A DNA stretch of 64,000 nt from an uncultured Acidobacteriota bacterium. Lineage in GTDB: Bacteria; Acidobacteriota; Terriglobia; Acidiferrales; UBA7541. The stretch lies in assembly GCA_963838545.1 (NCBI GenBank), contig CAWIRL010000010.1, positions 48,639 to 112,638 on the forward strand. The letters run 5' to 3'. The notes beneath the pieces are model-generated. The model made no database searches, was not told the DNA's origin, and was given only the letters and a program-made list of their open reading frames with translations. The position numbers and the translations under genes were made by a program. Positions within the stretch are counted from its first letter, which is position 1; every line of letters begins with the position of its first letter. Shown piece after piece: positions 19,009 through 28,728 of this stretch.

Positions 19009-21318
19009 TTATGGCGCCGGCGCGGCTTCCAGAAGAAGATGATCGGTGAAATCCACTTTTAGTTTGGCCGTCGGGCCTTGGACGGTGCCGAGGTCTTTGC
19101 CGCTGACGTAATCCGTCACGCGATAACTTTTCTGCGCGAGACCCCGCAGTTCAATCTCGCCGCTCCATGACGGCTCCGCGGATTTCGTTTCGTGCGTCGC
19201 CGGCGGATTCGCCGGCGCGTAGAACGCATAGAACATGTGTCCATTCTTCTCGATCGCGTAGGCTTCCGGGACGTCGTAACCGTAGATATATAAATTCAGG
19301 AAATTTCCCTTGGAGAGCATCTTCTCGTTGTAGAGCCCGATCCATTTCTTCCAGTGCGCGTCCTTCTCGGGAGTCAGAAAAACATTTTTGAATTTCGGTC
19401 CGTCGTCGGGCCAGGTAAATTTCGTGCCGAGAACGCCGCCGGTGCCGAGAGTGGAAGCGAAATCATCGCCGACGTCGATTTCATTATCGGTATTCGCGCC
19501 GCGGATGCGCGTGAGTTCCACATGATCGCCATAAACGGCCGCACGCGGCCCAAGCAGCGCTTTATACATTTTCACGCGCCGCCGCACCTGAATGGAACCG
19601 ACGGGATCAGCGGTGACGGCCTGATCCATATCGCGCAGCCAGGCGATACTTGGCGGAGTTCCGCAGGGGCAGCTTTGCGTGACGCTGTTCGGCTTCAGCG
19701 CGCGCGTGGTTTCGAAAATTGTCTTGTAGACGTCGCCCATGGCATAGACGGAATCATACGGAGATTTGTGATGGTGCTTCGGGTTGTAACACGGAGGCGT
19801 GGTGTAAATATTGTCGAGCTTGTGTCCGTCGAAATCCCAGTCGCGGATAAAACGTTCGGTGACTTGCTTGAAATATTCGCGGACTTCGGGCAGCGCGGGG
19901 CAAAGCGTGGCGAGATTGCGGGCCATTCGCGCGGGCTTTCCTTGTTTATCGAGAATCAGCCAGTCGGGATGCTGCTTCAAAACGTCGGACACGACATATT
20001 TCCGGCCGCCGTAGCCTGAGTGGCCGTCTTCCACGCCGAGCGGCAGCCACCAGAGCTGCACTTTGAAACCTTGCTCGTGAAATTTTTTCACCATATCGGT
20101 GATGGCGTCGCCGGCGAAGGCGGGTTTGCGCGGCTGCCAATCGCCGTAATCGTTAAACCAGCCGTCGTCGAGCGTCGCCCAATGGATGCCGAGCTCTTTT
20201 AATTTGGGAATGGTTTCGAGCATTTGCTTCGGCGTGACGCCGAATTCGTAGCCCCAGCCGCACCAGCTTACGGCGTAGTTCTCGTCATTGTTGGCGGGCT
20301 TGGCGAGGCCTTCTTTTTCGACGGCCGCGGACCAGAGGCTGAGCGGTTCGTAGAAATCGCCGGAATAGACGGCGAGAAAAGTTCGCGGCGTGGAAAAAAC
20401 GCCTCCTGGTTCGAGTGTGGTATTGGCTGGGACGCGGACAGCCGCTTCGACGCCCTGGCTGGGAGCGGATTGCACGGGAATCGAAACGGCGAGCGGAAGC
20501 GTTTCGATGTGGCCGATTGCTTCGCCAATGTTGCGCGTCCAGAATGCAACTACGGGGATGCCGCCGCCGACGCGGCCGAGATCGTCTTTCGTTTCCACGG
20601 GAGCGCCGAATGGATTTTCCTGCGTGAACTTCGCAGGCATCAGAAACGTTTCGTCCTTGCCCCATTTCAGACTCGAGCCTTGAAATGTCCACATCGAGTA
20701 AGGCGCGGTAGATGCGTCGGCGAGTGAGGCGTCGAAGCGATGCCGTTGCAGCGTGACGTCTTCAAGCGAGATGGCCGCGGCGCCGGTATTGCGCAGCCGG
20801 AGCGAGAGCAGGGCGAGATTGGGGAAATCGTCGTAGACCTCAAGAGTGGCGGTTTCTTCGAGGTCCGTGCCGGGGATTTTCCCAGTCAATTCGACTTGTT
20901 TCCCAAGCTTGCCTAGCTTGCCGGCGGCGTCGTGAATCGCGGCATGAGAAACATCGAGTGCCGCGCCGGAAAATTCTTTTTTGGCGATGGAGATCGATTG
21001 GGCAAAGTCAAGCGATCGCGCGTCGAGTGACGACGAGGCGCCGTTTTTGAGAAGCGATGCGGTCAATCTGCCATCGGCAGCGAGCAGAAATTCCGCTACC
21101 GGCGTTGTCGCCCGAACGCCATCATCGCTGATCTTGATCTCGATTGCCGACTTCGCGATTCGTGTAGCGGCGGGAGCTTCTTTCGCTTTCTGGCAAGCGG
21201 ACATTCCTACCAGCCCAGCGAGCAGAATGATAGCGCGGATCGTGACAACCGACTTTCCGCGAGCTGCAGCGTTCGGTGCGAGCAATTGTCGCGGATGGAG
21301 CGCGGCGCGCGTATCCAT
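19009..21318 (-). CDS. Alpha-galactosidase-like glycoside hydrolase (GH27/GH36 clan), probable lipoprotein
   Basis: 769 aa with a lipobox-like 'LLAGLVGMSAC'. Catalytic-barrel-like 'HWATLDDGWFNDYGDWQP', 'KVQLWWLP', 'DFDGHKLDNIY'. Its ATG directly abuts the stop of the upstream gene (TAAATG at 21316-21321). Confidence 0.7.
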   Translation of the reverse strand: MDTRAALHPRQLLAPNAAARGKSVVTIRAIILLAGLVGMSACQKAKEAPAATRIAKSAIEIKISDDGVRATTPVAEFLLAADGRLTASLLKNGASSSLDARSLDFAQSISIAKKEFSGAALDVSHAAIHDAAGKLGKLGKQVELTGKIPGTDLEETATLEVYDDFPNLALLSLRLRNTGAAAISLEDVTLQRHRFDASLADASTAPYSMWTFQGSSLKWGKDETFLMPAKFTQENPFGAPVETKDDLGRVGGGIPVVAFWTRNIGEAIGHIETLPLAVSIPVQSAPSQGVEAAVRVPANTTLEPGGVFSTPRTFLAVYSGDFYEPLSLWSAAVEKEGLAKPANNDENYAVSWCGWGYEFGVTPKQMLETIPKLKELGIHWATLDDGWFNDYGDWQPRKPAFAGDAITDMVKKFHEQGFKVQLWWLPLGVEDGHSGYGGRKYVVSDVLKQHPDWLILDKQGKPARMARNLATLCPALPEVREYFKQVTERFIRDWDFDGHKLDNIYTTPPCYNPKHHHKSPYDSVYAMGDVYKTIFETTRALKPNSVTQSCPCGTPPSIAWLRDMDQAVTADPVGSIQVRRRVKMYKALLGPRAAVYGDHVELTRIRGANTDNEIDVGDDFASTLGTGGVLGTKFTWPDDGPKFKNVFLTPEKDAHWKKWIGLYNEKMLSKGNFLNLYIYGYDVPEAYAIEKNGHMFYAFYAPANPPATHETKSAEPSWSGEIELRGLAQKSYRVTDYVSGKDLGTVQGPTAKLKVDFTDHLLLEAAPAP

Positions 21319-22500
21319 TTAATTTGATCCTTTGAATTGGGCGAAGACTCGCTCGGCGTTGGCGTGATAGACCTTCTCCAAAATCGAATCCGGCAATTCC
21401 ATTCCATAAATCTGCCAGCGGCCCTGTCCCGGATAACCCCAATATGGAAAATACTCGTCCGCGGTTTCCAGCCAGCGGAAATAATTCGCGTACATCGCTT
21501 CTTCCGGCTCGCTATCGGTGCCGAAAAGAATTCGGTCCTGGTAGTCGGTGAAAAACTTCGTGGCGCGTCGCGGCTGCCGGCCCAATTCGGCCTGGCGCGC
21601 GCCAAACTCGACGTACATATTCGGGTATTTATCGAGCCACGAAGAAACGGCATCCAAATTTTCCGGCCAATTGGCCACGTGCAGGGCGAAAAATGTGGTG
21701 TGCGGATGTTTCTCGATAATGTGATTGCGCTCGGCGAGCAGCTTCTCCTTGCTGGGAAACTTCGGGCCATAGAAGCTCCAACTCGGATTTTGCATCAGCT
21801 CCTCGTAGCGCTCGTTGTGGCGGTTGATGGGAGTGAAGAACGCCTCCGGGTCGGTGGTGTGAATCGCGACGGGGATGCCCAAGCGGCCACATTCTTCCCA
21901 AATGGGATCGAGGCGCTCGTCGTCGACGGCAATGAGCTTGCCGGACTTGTCGCGAACGCCGAGTCCCAGATCCTTGAGCACTTTCAATCCGCGCGCGCCG
22001 CGGCGGACGCCGTCATCGAGTTGCGCCACCATTTCCGCGCTGAAATTGGGATCATCGATTTTCTTCCAATCAATTTGCGTGAAGACGATGAAGCGGTCGG
22101 GATACGGCTTCACCATCTGGTCCAGCACGCGTTGCAGCTTTTCGCCCCACATGCCGGTGAGAATCACGATCTTATGAATGTTAGCGCGATCCATGCGGTG
22201 CACCAATTCATCGGCGGGGACGAGGTCGCCATGGATTCCGTCGGCGTCGTTTACGTGATTGTGGACGTCAATCACCGGGAATTTTGCGCGCGGCACGGAA
22301 TGTTCCGCGGCGTGCAGCATGGACTTGGGATCGTAATCCTTGAGCTGCAGCGTCATGCGCTTGGACGCGTTTGGGTCGCCGCCGTATTTGATCTCTTGCG
22401 CGAAAACCAGACGCAATCCCGCCGCCACGAGAATTAACACGAACGCCGCGAGGACGTACGCCATGCGGGATTGCGCGGTGCGCCGGATCGTTCCAGCCAT
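21319..22500 (-). CDS. Amidohydrolase-2 type metal-dependent hydrolase (TIM barrel)
   Basis: The ORF is open to 22743, but the ATG at 22500 has GGAGG 5 nt upstream and gives an N-terminal membrane anchor/signal (MAYVLAAFVLILVAAGL). 'FPVIDVHNHV' HxH motif, 'IAIHTTDPE'. Confidence 0.8.
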   Translation of the reverse strand: MAGTIRRTAQSRMAYVLAAFVLILVAAGLRLVFAQEIKYGGDPNASKRMTLQLKDYDPKSMLHAAEHSVPRAKFPVIDVHNHVNDADGIHGDLVPADELVHRMDRANIHKIVILTGMWGEKLQRVLDQMVKPYPDRFIVFTQIDWKKIDDPNFSAEMVAQLDDGVRRGARGLKVLKDLGLGVRDKSGKLIAVDDERLDPIWEECGRLGIPVAIHTTDPEAFFTPINRHNERYEELMQNPSWSFYGPKFPSKEKLLAERNHIIEKHPHTTFFALHVANWPENLDAVSSWLDKYPNMYVEFGARQAELGRQPRRATKFFTDYQDRILFGTDSEPEEAMYANYFRWLETADEYFPYWGYPGQGRWQIYGMELPDSILEKVYHANAERVFAQFKGSN

Positions 22501-22723
22501 GAGAACCTCCCCTGGCGCGGGCAGCGGGCTAAGCGTGGCTGGCCGCGCTTGATTCCGAAGGATTCGTGAGTCTACTACAAACGAAAGGATAAGTAACAAA
22601 AAGAAGTTAAACGTAACTGGGGTGCCGGTGAGGAGCGTTTTTGTTTTCCGGCGATTAGGCCGTAAGATGCCGCACGGAGATCCTTCGAGGCTCAGGCTGG
22701 AGCGGCGGTATTCGGAATACCAG

Positions 22724-23512
22724 ATGATTGAAGCTACGCGCATCGCTTATGGAGATGATCCTTCGCAATTTGGGGATCTGCGGTTGCCTGCGACTGGAAA
22801 ACCGCCGCATCCCGTTGCCATCGTCGTGCATGGCGGTTTTTGGCGGGCCCGCTATGGCATTGGGGAAATTGAAAAGATCGCCGTAGCGCTGCCGGAGCGG
22901 GGGATCGCCAGCTGGAGCATCGAATACCGGCGCGTGGGGCATGCGGGAGGCGGATGGCCCGGAACACTGAAAGACGCCAGCCGCGCCGCGGATTATTTGC
23001 TGACGCTGGGCCGTGCGCATCCACTGGATCTCATGCGAGTCGTGAGTATCGGTCATTCGGCGGGCGGCCACCTGGCGCTCTGGCTCGCGGGCCGGCAACG
23101 GTTGAAGAAGCCGAATGAATTCGTGAGCGGGGAATCGGTGGCGATTCGCGGCGTCGTCAGCCTGGCCGGTGTTTGCGATTTGCGGATGATGGCGGAAGTG
23201 CAGCGCGAAGATAATCCCACCGCGGCACTTCTGGGTGGAAGCCCCGCCGAAGTTCCCGAAAGATACGCGCAAGCTTCGCCTGCGGAAATGCTCCCGTTGG
23301 CGGTGCCGCAGATTTTGCTGCACGGCGACCTAGATGACTGCGTGCCCGTGGAGATCGGCCGAGACTACGCGCAGCGGGCTGCCGCAGCGGGCGACAGGAT
23401 TCACTACGTGGAATTTCCCGGTACCGGGCATTTCGAACTTGTTGATCCAAAGACTGCGCCGGGAGAACAGGCGCTGCTGGCAGTGGAAAAATTGATCGCA
23501 GGCCTGCGGTAA
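22724..23512 (+). CDS. Alpha/beta hydrolase (arylformamidase/esterase-like)
   Basis: 'VHGGFWRARYG' oxyanion-type motif and nucleophile elbow 'IGHSAGGHLALW'. I prefer the ATG at 22724 (MIEATRIAYGDD) over the ORF-track start at 22622. Confidence 0.8.
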   Translation: MIEATRIAYGDDPSQFGDLRLPATGKPPHPVAIVVHGGFWRARYGIGEIEKIAVALPERGIASWSIEYRRVGHAGGGWPGTLKDASRAADYLLTLGRAHPLDLMRVVSIGHSAGGHLALWLAGRQRLKKPNEFVSGESVAIRGVVSLAGVCDLRMMAEVQREDNPTAALLGGSPAEVPERYAQASPAEMLPLAVPQILLHGDLDDCVPVEIGRDYAQRAAAAGDRIHYVEFPGTGHFELVDPKTAPGEQALLAVEKLIAGLR

Positions 23513-23546
23513 ATCCTGGAATGGTGCGTGCGGCGGCAAATTTGCG

Positions 23547-24317
23547 CTAGAAGCGCAGAGAGAGGCAGCTCAGGCCGCCGTCCATTTTTTCAAATTCCGA
23601 CGTGTCGAGCGCAACGACTTTGTAGCCGCGCTCTTTCAACGCGGCTTCCACGTGCGGGCGCCCGGCGGGCAGCAAGACGAAGTCGTTTACGCGCACGCAA
23701 TTTGCGGCGTAGTTTTCTTCGGGTTGGACGCGGATGCGATCGTAATTGTGAAAATGCGGAAGGTCCGCCATCGCTTCCATGGTCACGAGATGGTTTTCGC
23801 CGATGTAGGCGATTCCGCTTTTCAAGTGCAGCACGCCGCGGATTCCGCGGATGTCAACGGTGGAAGAGGTGAATCCGTCGCGGACGAGAAATTCCGCCAA
23901 TTGCCGCGCGCCCTCTTCATTCGTGCGCTGCGAGAGGCCGATGAAGAAATGATTTTCGGCTTCGCAGATATCGCCGCCGTCGAGCGTGCCGGGCGGCTCG
24001 ATCTGGTGAAATTCGCGAAAGAAGCGCGCCAGGGCCTCGCGGATGCCGGGCACTTCGCCCTGCCGGCTCGTGGCGCCGGGGCGCGTGAGGATCGCGGAGC
24101 GTGAAGTCACGATCGCGGCGTCTTCGACGAAGGTCGAATCCGGATGCTGCGAATCGGGCGGAAGAACGAGCAGCTCGAGACCGCAGCGCTGCAGCGCGAC
24201 GCTGTATGCGGCATGCTGCTCGAGGGCTTTTCGATAAGCCGGCTTGCCGAGCGTTCCGCTGGTCAAGCCGTCGGCGAAATTTTCGCTGGGAAGCCGGACG
24301 ATGGCGTTTCGAAACAA
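23547..24317 (-). CDS. Dimethylarginine dimethylaminohydrolase (DDAH) / amidinotransferase-fold enzyme
   Basis: 256 aa. TTG start with GGAGG 5 nt upstream. 'DSTFVEDAAIV' and the C-terminal catalytic 'KMDGGLSCLSLRF' are typical of DDAH. Confidence 0.85.
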   Translation of the reverse strand: MFRNAIVRLPSENFADGLTSGTLGKPAYRKALEQHAAYSVALQRCGLELLVLPPDSQHPDSTFVEDAAIVTSRSAILTRPGATSRQGEVPGIREALARFFREFHQIEPPGTLDGGDICEAENHFFIGLSQRTNEEGARQLAEFLVRDGFTSSTVDIRGIRGVLHLKSGIAYIGENHLVTMEAMADLPHFHNYDRIRVQPEENYAANCVRVNDFVLLPAGRPHVEAALKERGYKVVALDTSEFEKMDGGLSCLSLRF

Positions 24318-24342
24318 TCTTTCCTCCGAGAATTGGAATGGA

Positions 24343-25558
24343 CTAACTTTTTGAAAAAAGCTGCGTTTCGCCCTCCCAGCGGGCGATCACTACCGTTGCG
24401 AGACAATTTCCAAGAACGTTCACGCCGGTGCGCGCCATGTCCATGAGCTGGTCAATTCCAAAAAGAAGGAAGACGGGCTCGAGCGGCAGATGGAACGACG
24501 TGGCCGCGGCCAGCACAATGACCAGCGACGCGCGCGCGACGCCCGCGACACCTTTGCTGGTCACCAGTAGCGTCAGCAGCATCACGGCTTGCTGGCCGAC
24601 GCTCAAGTGAATTCCGGCCGCCTGCGCCACGAAAATCAGACGCGAGCGATTGATAGAGACTCGAGCCGTCCAAATTGAAGCTGTAGCCGGTGGGAAGGAC
24701 GAAGGCGACGATGTCGCGCGGCACGCCCAGGATCTTCCATTTCTTCCATGGCGCGCGGCAAAGCGGCTTCCGAGCTTGCCGTGGCAAACGCAATGGTCAC
24801 AGGTTCTGCGGCCGCGCGCAGGAATCGCCGGATGGGAACGCCGACAATCACCGCGATGGGAAGCAGCACGGCCAGGATGAAGACGTAAGAGCGACATACA
24901 TTGTGCGCGAGCAATCGCAGCAGCGGCATCAGCACGCCGAGCCCGAGATGCCCGACGGTGTAAGCGATCGCGCCGAAGACGCCGATCGGCGCGAGCAGCA
25001 TCACCAGGTTCGTGAACTTGAACATGGTCTCGGCGAGACTTTCGGCGAACGTGAGGAGACGGCCGGCGCTTTTCCTCCGGCACCATCGCCAGCGCGAGAC
25101 CGAAGATGCACGCTGAAGATGACCACTTGCAGCACTTCGCCCTCGTACACGGACTTGGCGATGTTCTCTGGGAAAAATGTTCACGATGAAATCGCTGGCC
25201 GAGCGCGGCGCGGCATTCAGCGCGAGCCGTGGCGGTGCTTGGCGGAAGTTTCACGCCTTCGCCGGCGCGGCTGAGATTGATGGCGACGAATCCGATGACC
25301 AACGCCAGCGTCGAGACGATTTCGAAAGTAGATGAGCGCCTTCACGCCCATGCGGCCCACTTTTTTCAGATCGGCGTGGCCCGCGATTCCCACCACCAGC
25401 GTGCTGAAAATCAGCGGCGCGATAATTACTTTGATCAGGCGCAGGAAAATCGTTCCGAGAAGCTGCAGATTCAGAGCCGCCGCCGGCCAATCGTGGCCGA
25501 ATTCAACGCCGGCGGCCATGCCGACCAGAATCCATGCCGTGAGCGTGCGCTTCTGCAT
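24343..25558 (-). pseudogene. Dicarboxylate/amino acid:cation symporter (DAACS, GltP/DctA-like), about 7 frameshifts
   Basis: The N-terminus 'MQKRTLTAWILVGMAAGVEFG..IKVIIAPLIFSTLVVGIAG' is in the 25972 frame. 'VIGFVAINLSRAGEG', 'IFGLALAMVPEEKRRP', 'LVMLLAPIGVFGAIAYTVG..TIAFATASSEAALP', 'ILGVPRDIVAFVLPTGYSFNLDGSSLYQSLA' and the C-terminus 'LLTLLVTSKGVAGV..GIDQLMDMARTGVNVLGNCLATVVIARWEG' sit in successively shifted frames. An in-frame TTG at 25711 with AGGAGA upstream is an alternative start. Confidence 0.8.
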
Positions 25559-25780
25559 GGCGTAGCCCGCAAAAATCGCAATCACGCCCCAGCGCAGAGT
25601 CTCGCCAATCGCCGCCGAAAGATGCACCCAACCGAGACGCTGGCCGAGGCTCACAAGCGGCCACCGACGAGCAGTCCGATCAGATCCGGCGAGGAGAAAT
25701 TTAGATTTCAAGGTTCTCCTATTTTGTGGCCAGACTCTACTGGAACTTTGCCCCGCACGCCACCGCGATTCGCATCGCAG

Positions 25781-25920
25781 GCTCGCGCACCGCCGCGTCG
25801 CACGCTCGCGCACCGCCGCGTCGCACGCCCGCGCACCGCCGCGTCGCACGCCCGCGCACCGCCGCGTCGCACGCCCGCCGTACGCCACGTCGCGCGCTAC
25901 GTCGCACGCCACGTCGCACG
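25781..25920. repeat. 23-bp tandem repeat (4 near-perfect units plus a degenerate 12-bp-periodic tail)
   Basis: GC[TC]CGCGCACCGCCGCGTCGCAC x4 (25781-25872), then GCCCGCCGTACGCCACGTCGCGC / GCTACGTCGCAC / GCCACGTCGCAC. It is intergenic, between divergent genes. The unit length is not a multiple of 3. Confidence 0.85.
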
Positions 25921-26085
25921 TACCCCCGCAATCGCTCGATTCCGCGCCGACAATCCCAGCCCAACCGCGCAAAATCCCCTCCAGGTTATCGAAAAATCAT
26001 TTCTCTCCAACGCAGTAATCTTTAGGCGCGCACCCCCAAGCTTGATGCGAATCCGCCCCTTCCGATTGCGCTAAGCTCGAAGCAA

Positions 26086-27876
26086 ATGGGATCCGAGGCC
26101 AATCCCTCTCGCACGCTGTCCGTGTCGCTGGTCGCGCCATGGCTGCTGCTCGGCGCAGGCTTTGCGGTGGTATCGCTGGTGCTCCCGCGCGGGCAGGCGC
26201 AAACGACTTTCGGCGATATCTTCCTCTGCCTCCTGCCGCTTCTCGCCAATGCCGCGCTCCTCGCCAACGCCGGCACTCCCTTCCGCCGCACAAATTCCTT
26301 CTGGATCCTGATGGCCGCGGGATGCGGTCTCTGGCTGGTGGGCTCGCTAATCTGGACGTACTCCGAACTCGTCCTCCATCACCCGTCCGGCTACACCTAC
26401 GCCGGCAACGTCGCCTATTTCCTGCATCCGGTTCCGTTCATGGCCGCGCTCGCGCTGCAGCCCCACGCGCGCGGGATGCGCGAAACGCTGCGCTACGGCA
26501 TCATCGATCTTTCGCTGCTCGCCACCACCTGGCTTTATATTTACGCGTTCTCCACGCTCCCCTGGATTTACGTCGCCCCCAATCCGCAGCTCTACCTGGT
26601 CCGCGGCTGGCAAGCCTACATTGGCGAAAATATCGTTTACATCTGCGGCCTCGCTTTCCTGCTGCTGCAGACGCGCAGCGCCTGGAGAAAAATCTACGCC
26701 CATTTGCTCGGCATCGCCGTCGTGCACACGATCGGATTCCTGGTGATCGCCTGGGCATCGCTCTCCGGCTCCTACTCCCCGGGCAGCATCTACGATCTCG
26801 CCTACGTCGTAACTTTTCTCTGGCTGGGAATGCTCGGCGTCATGGCGCGGCGCATGACGCTCGCTCCCGATCAAGATCCCGTCTGGCAGGAATTCGGCCG
26901 CCACTGGCCGCAATGGTTCGCGATCGCCGGCGTCCTGTTCATTCCATTTCTCGCAGGCGTGGAGCATGTTTCTCAGCCGCGCGCCCTCCGCCGTGCGCGA
27001 ATTCCGCCTGATGCTCACGCTCGTCGCGCTGATCGTCGGCATGGGCCTGGTCTTTTTCCGCCAGCAGCTCATCAATCACGAGCGCCAGCGCCTGGTGAAA
27101 ACGCTGCAGAATTCGCTCGACAATTTCAAGCGCCTGCAGAGCCAGTTCGTGCAATCGGAAAAGCTCGCATCGCTCGGCCAGCTCGCCGCCGGCGCGGCTC
27201 ACGAAATCAATAATCCTCTCACCGCCATTCTCGGTTATTCGGATTTCTTGCTGGATGAAGAGTCGGCCGGCACCCGCGCTCGCAAGTCTCGCCGAAAAAA
27301 TTCGCGAGCAGGCGCGCCGCACCCGCGAACTCGTCACCAATCTGCTCAGCTTCGCACGCCAGGTCCCCGCCGAAAAGCAGCTCCTCGATCTCACCTGCCA
27401 CTCTCAACGGCGCGGTGCAGCTCCGCACTCTCGATCTGCGCACTAAAAATATCCGCATCGAAGTGCAGAATCGCGGAATTCTTCCCGCCGTTCGCGGCGA
27501 CCCGAATCAATTGCTGCAGGTTTTCTTCCAGATCATCAGCAATGCGGTGGACGCGATGGAAGCAACCGGCGGCGGTGTGCTCACCATCCGCACCGAACGC
27601 GAGCGCGCCAACGTCGTCATCGAATTTTCGGATAGCGGCCCGGGCCTCTCCGGAACCCGAGCGCGTTTTCGATCCGTTTTATACCACCAAGCCCGTCGGC
27701 AAAGGTTCCGGCCTTGGCCTGAGCATTTGCTACGGGATTATTCAGGAACATGGCGGCACGATCACCGGCTCAATCGCGTGGATGGCGGCGCTATTTTCCG
27801 CATCGAGCTGCCCGCGGTTCTCGCCGTGCTGCCGCAACTCGCCGTGGCCGTCTCGCCCGTCGCCCGCATGCGCTGA
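26086..27876 (+). pseudogene. Membrane sensor histidine kinase (multi-TM N-terminal domain, HisKA, HATPase), multiple frameshifts
   Basis: ORF 26086..27213 has about 8 hydrophobic helices. The H-box '[24 protein letters not shown]' is in the 26966 frame and '[22 protein letters not shown]' in the 27255 frame. The N-box '[26 protein letters not shown]' is in the 27415 frame, '[34 protein letters not shown]' is back in the 26966 frame, and the end '[11 protein letters not shown]' is in the 27415 frame. Confidence 0.75.
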
Positions 27877-27908
27877 GCCCCACGTCGTTGTGCTACATTT
27901 ATCCGCTC

Positions 27909-28728
27909 ATGTCCGCTCCCGCCATCGCCACGGAAAATCTCACGCGCCACTTCGGCCAGCTTCTCGCCGTGGACCACGTTAATCTGACCGTCGCTCCCGG
28001 ACAATTTTTCGGGTTTCTCGGCCCCAATGGCGCGGGAAAATCCACCACCATCAAAATGCTCACCGGGCTTGCTCGCGCCCAGCGAAGGGCGCATGACCAT
28101 TCTCGGCAGCGATCTGGTGGCAGGATCCGGTCACCGTGAAACGCCAGATCGGCGTGGTTCCCGAAGGCCTCGCGCTTTTCGGACGCCTCACCGGCGCGGA
28201 ATATCTCAATTTCGTCGGCCGCATGTACGGCCTCGATCGCAAGAGTCGCCGCGCAACGCGCCACCGAGTTGCTCGATTTCATGCAGCTCAGCGATCGCCC
28301 GAAGGCGCTGGTCACCGACTATTCGCACGGCATGCAGAAAAAACTGGCCATGGCCGCGGCGGTGATTCACGGGCCGAAAATTTTATTTCTCGATGAGCCG
28401 TTCGAAGGCGTGGACGCCATCGCTTCGGGCACGTCTGAAAGCCATGCTGCAGCGGATGATTTCTCACGGCGCGACGATTCTTCTCGACTTCGCATGTTCT
28501 CGAAATCGTCGAGCGCCTCTGCAGCCACGTGGCCATCATTCATCAAGGCCGCCTCGTGGCACAGGGCTCGATCGACGAACTGCGCAGCGGCGTCGAAGCG
28601 CGCGTCGCAGGCAATGGCGCCGGTGAACGCCGCCGCCGCCGCACGAAAAACTTACGCTCGAACAAATCTTCCTCGAGATTGTCGGTGGCGCACGCCTCAC
28701 CGGCCAGGAACTCACATGGCTGGCGTAG
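27909..28728 (+). pseudogene. ABC transporter ATP-binding protein (ABC-2/DrrA-like), about 7 frameshifts
   Basis: The Walker A '[20 protein letters not shown]' is in the frame of the ATG at 27909. '[14 protein letters not shown]', '[23 protein letters not shown]', the signature/Walker B '[32 protein letters not shown]', 'GATILL', 'HVAIIHQGRLVAQGSIDEL' and the tail 'EKLTLEQIFLEIVGG' each sit one frame further on. Stop at 28726-28728. Confidence 0.8.

Noticed and set aside
25559-25711. N-terminal extension of the DAACS symporter from a TTG at 25711 with an AGGAGA RBS
   Set aside because: It is not excluded, but 'MQKRTLTAWILVGMAAGV' matches the usual DAACS N-terminus. Frames in this error-rich patch are unreliable. 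I kept it as an alternative in the feature note.
25781-25920. Possible CRISPR array
   Set aside because: The repeats are directly adjacent with no unique spacers. The unit is only 23 bp, it decays to a 12-bp period, and there are no cas genes in the window.
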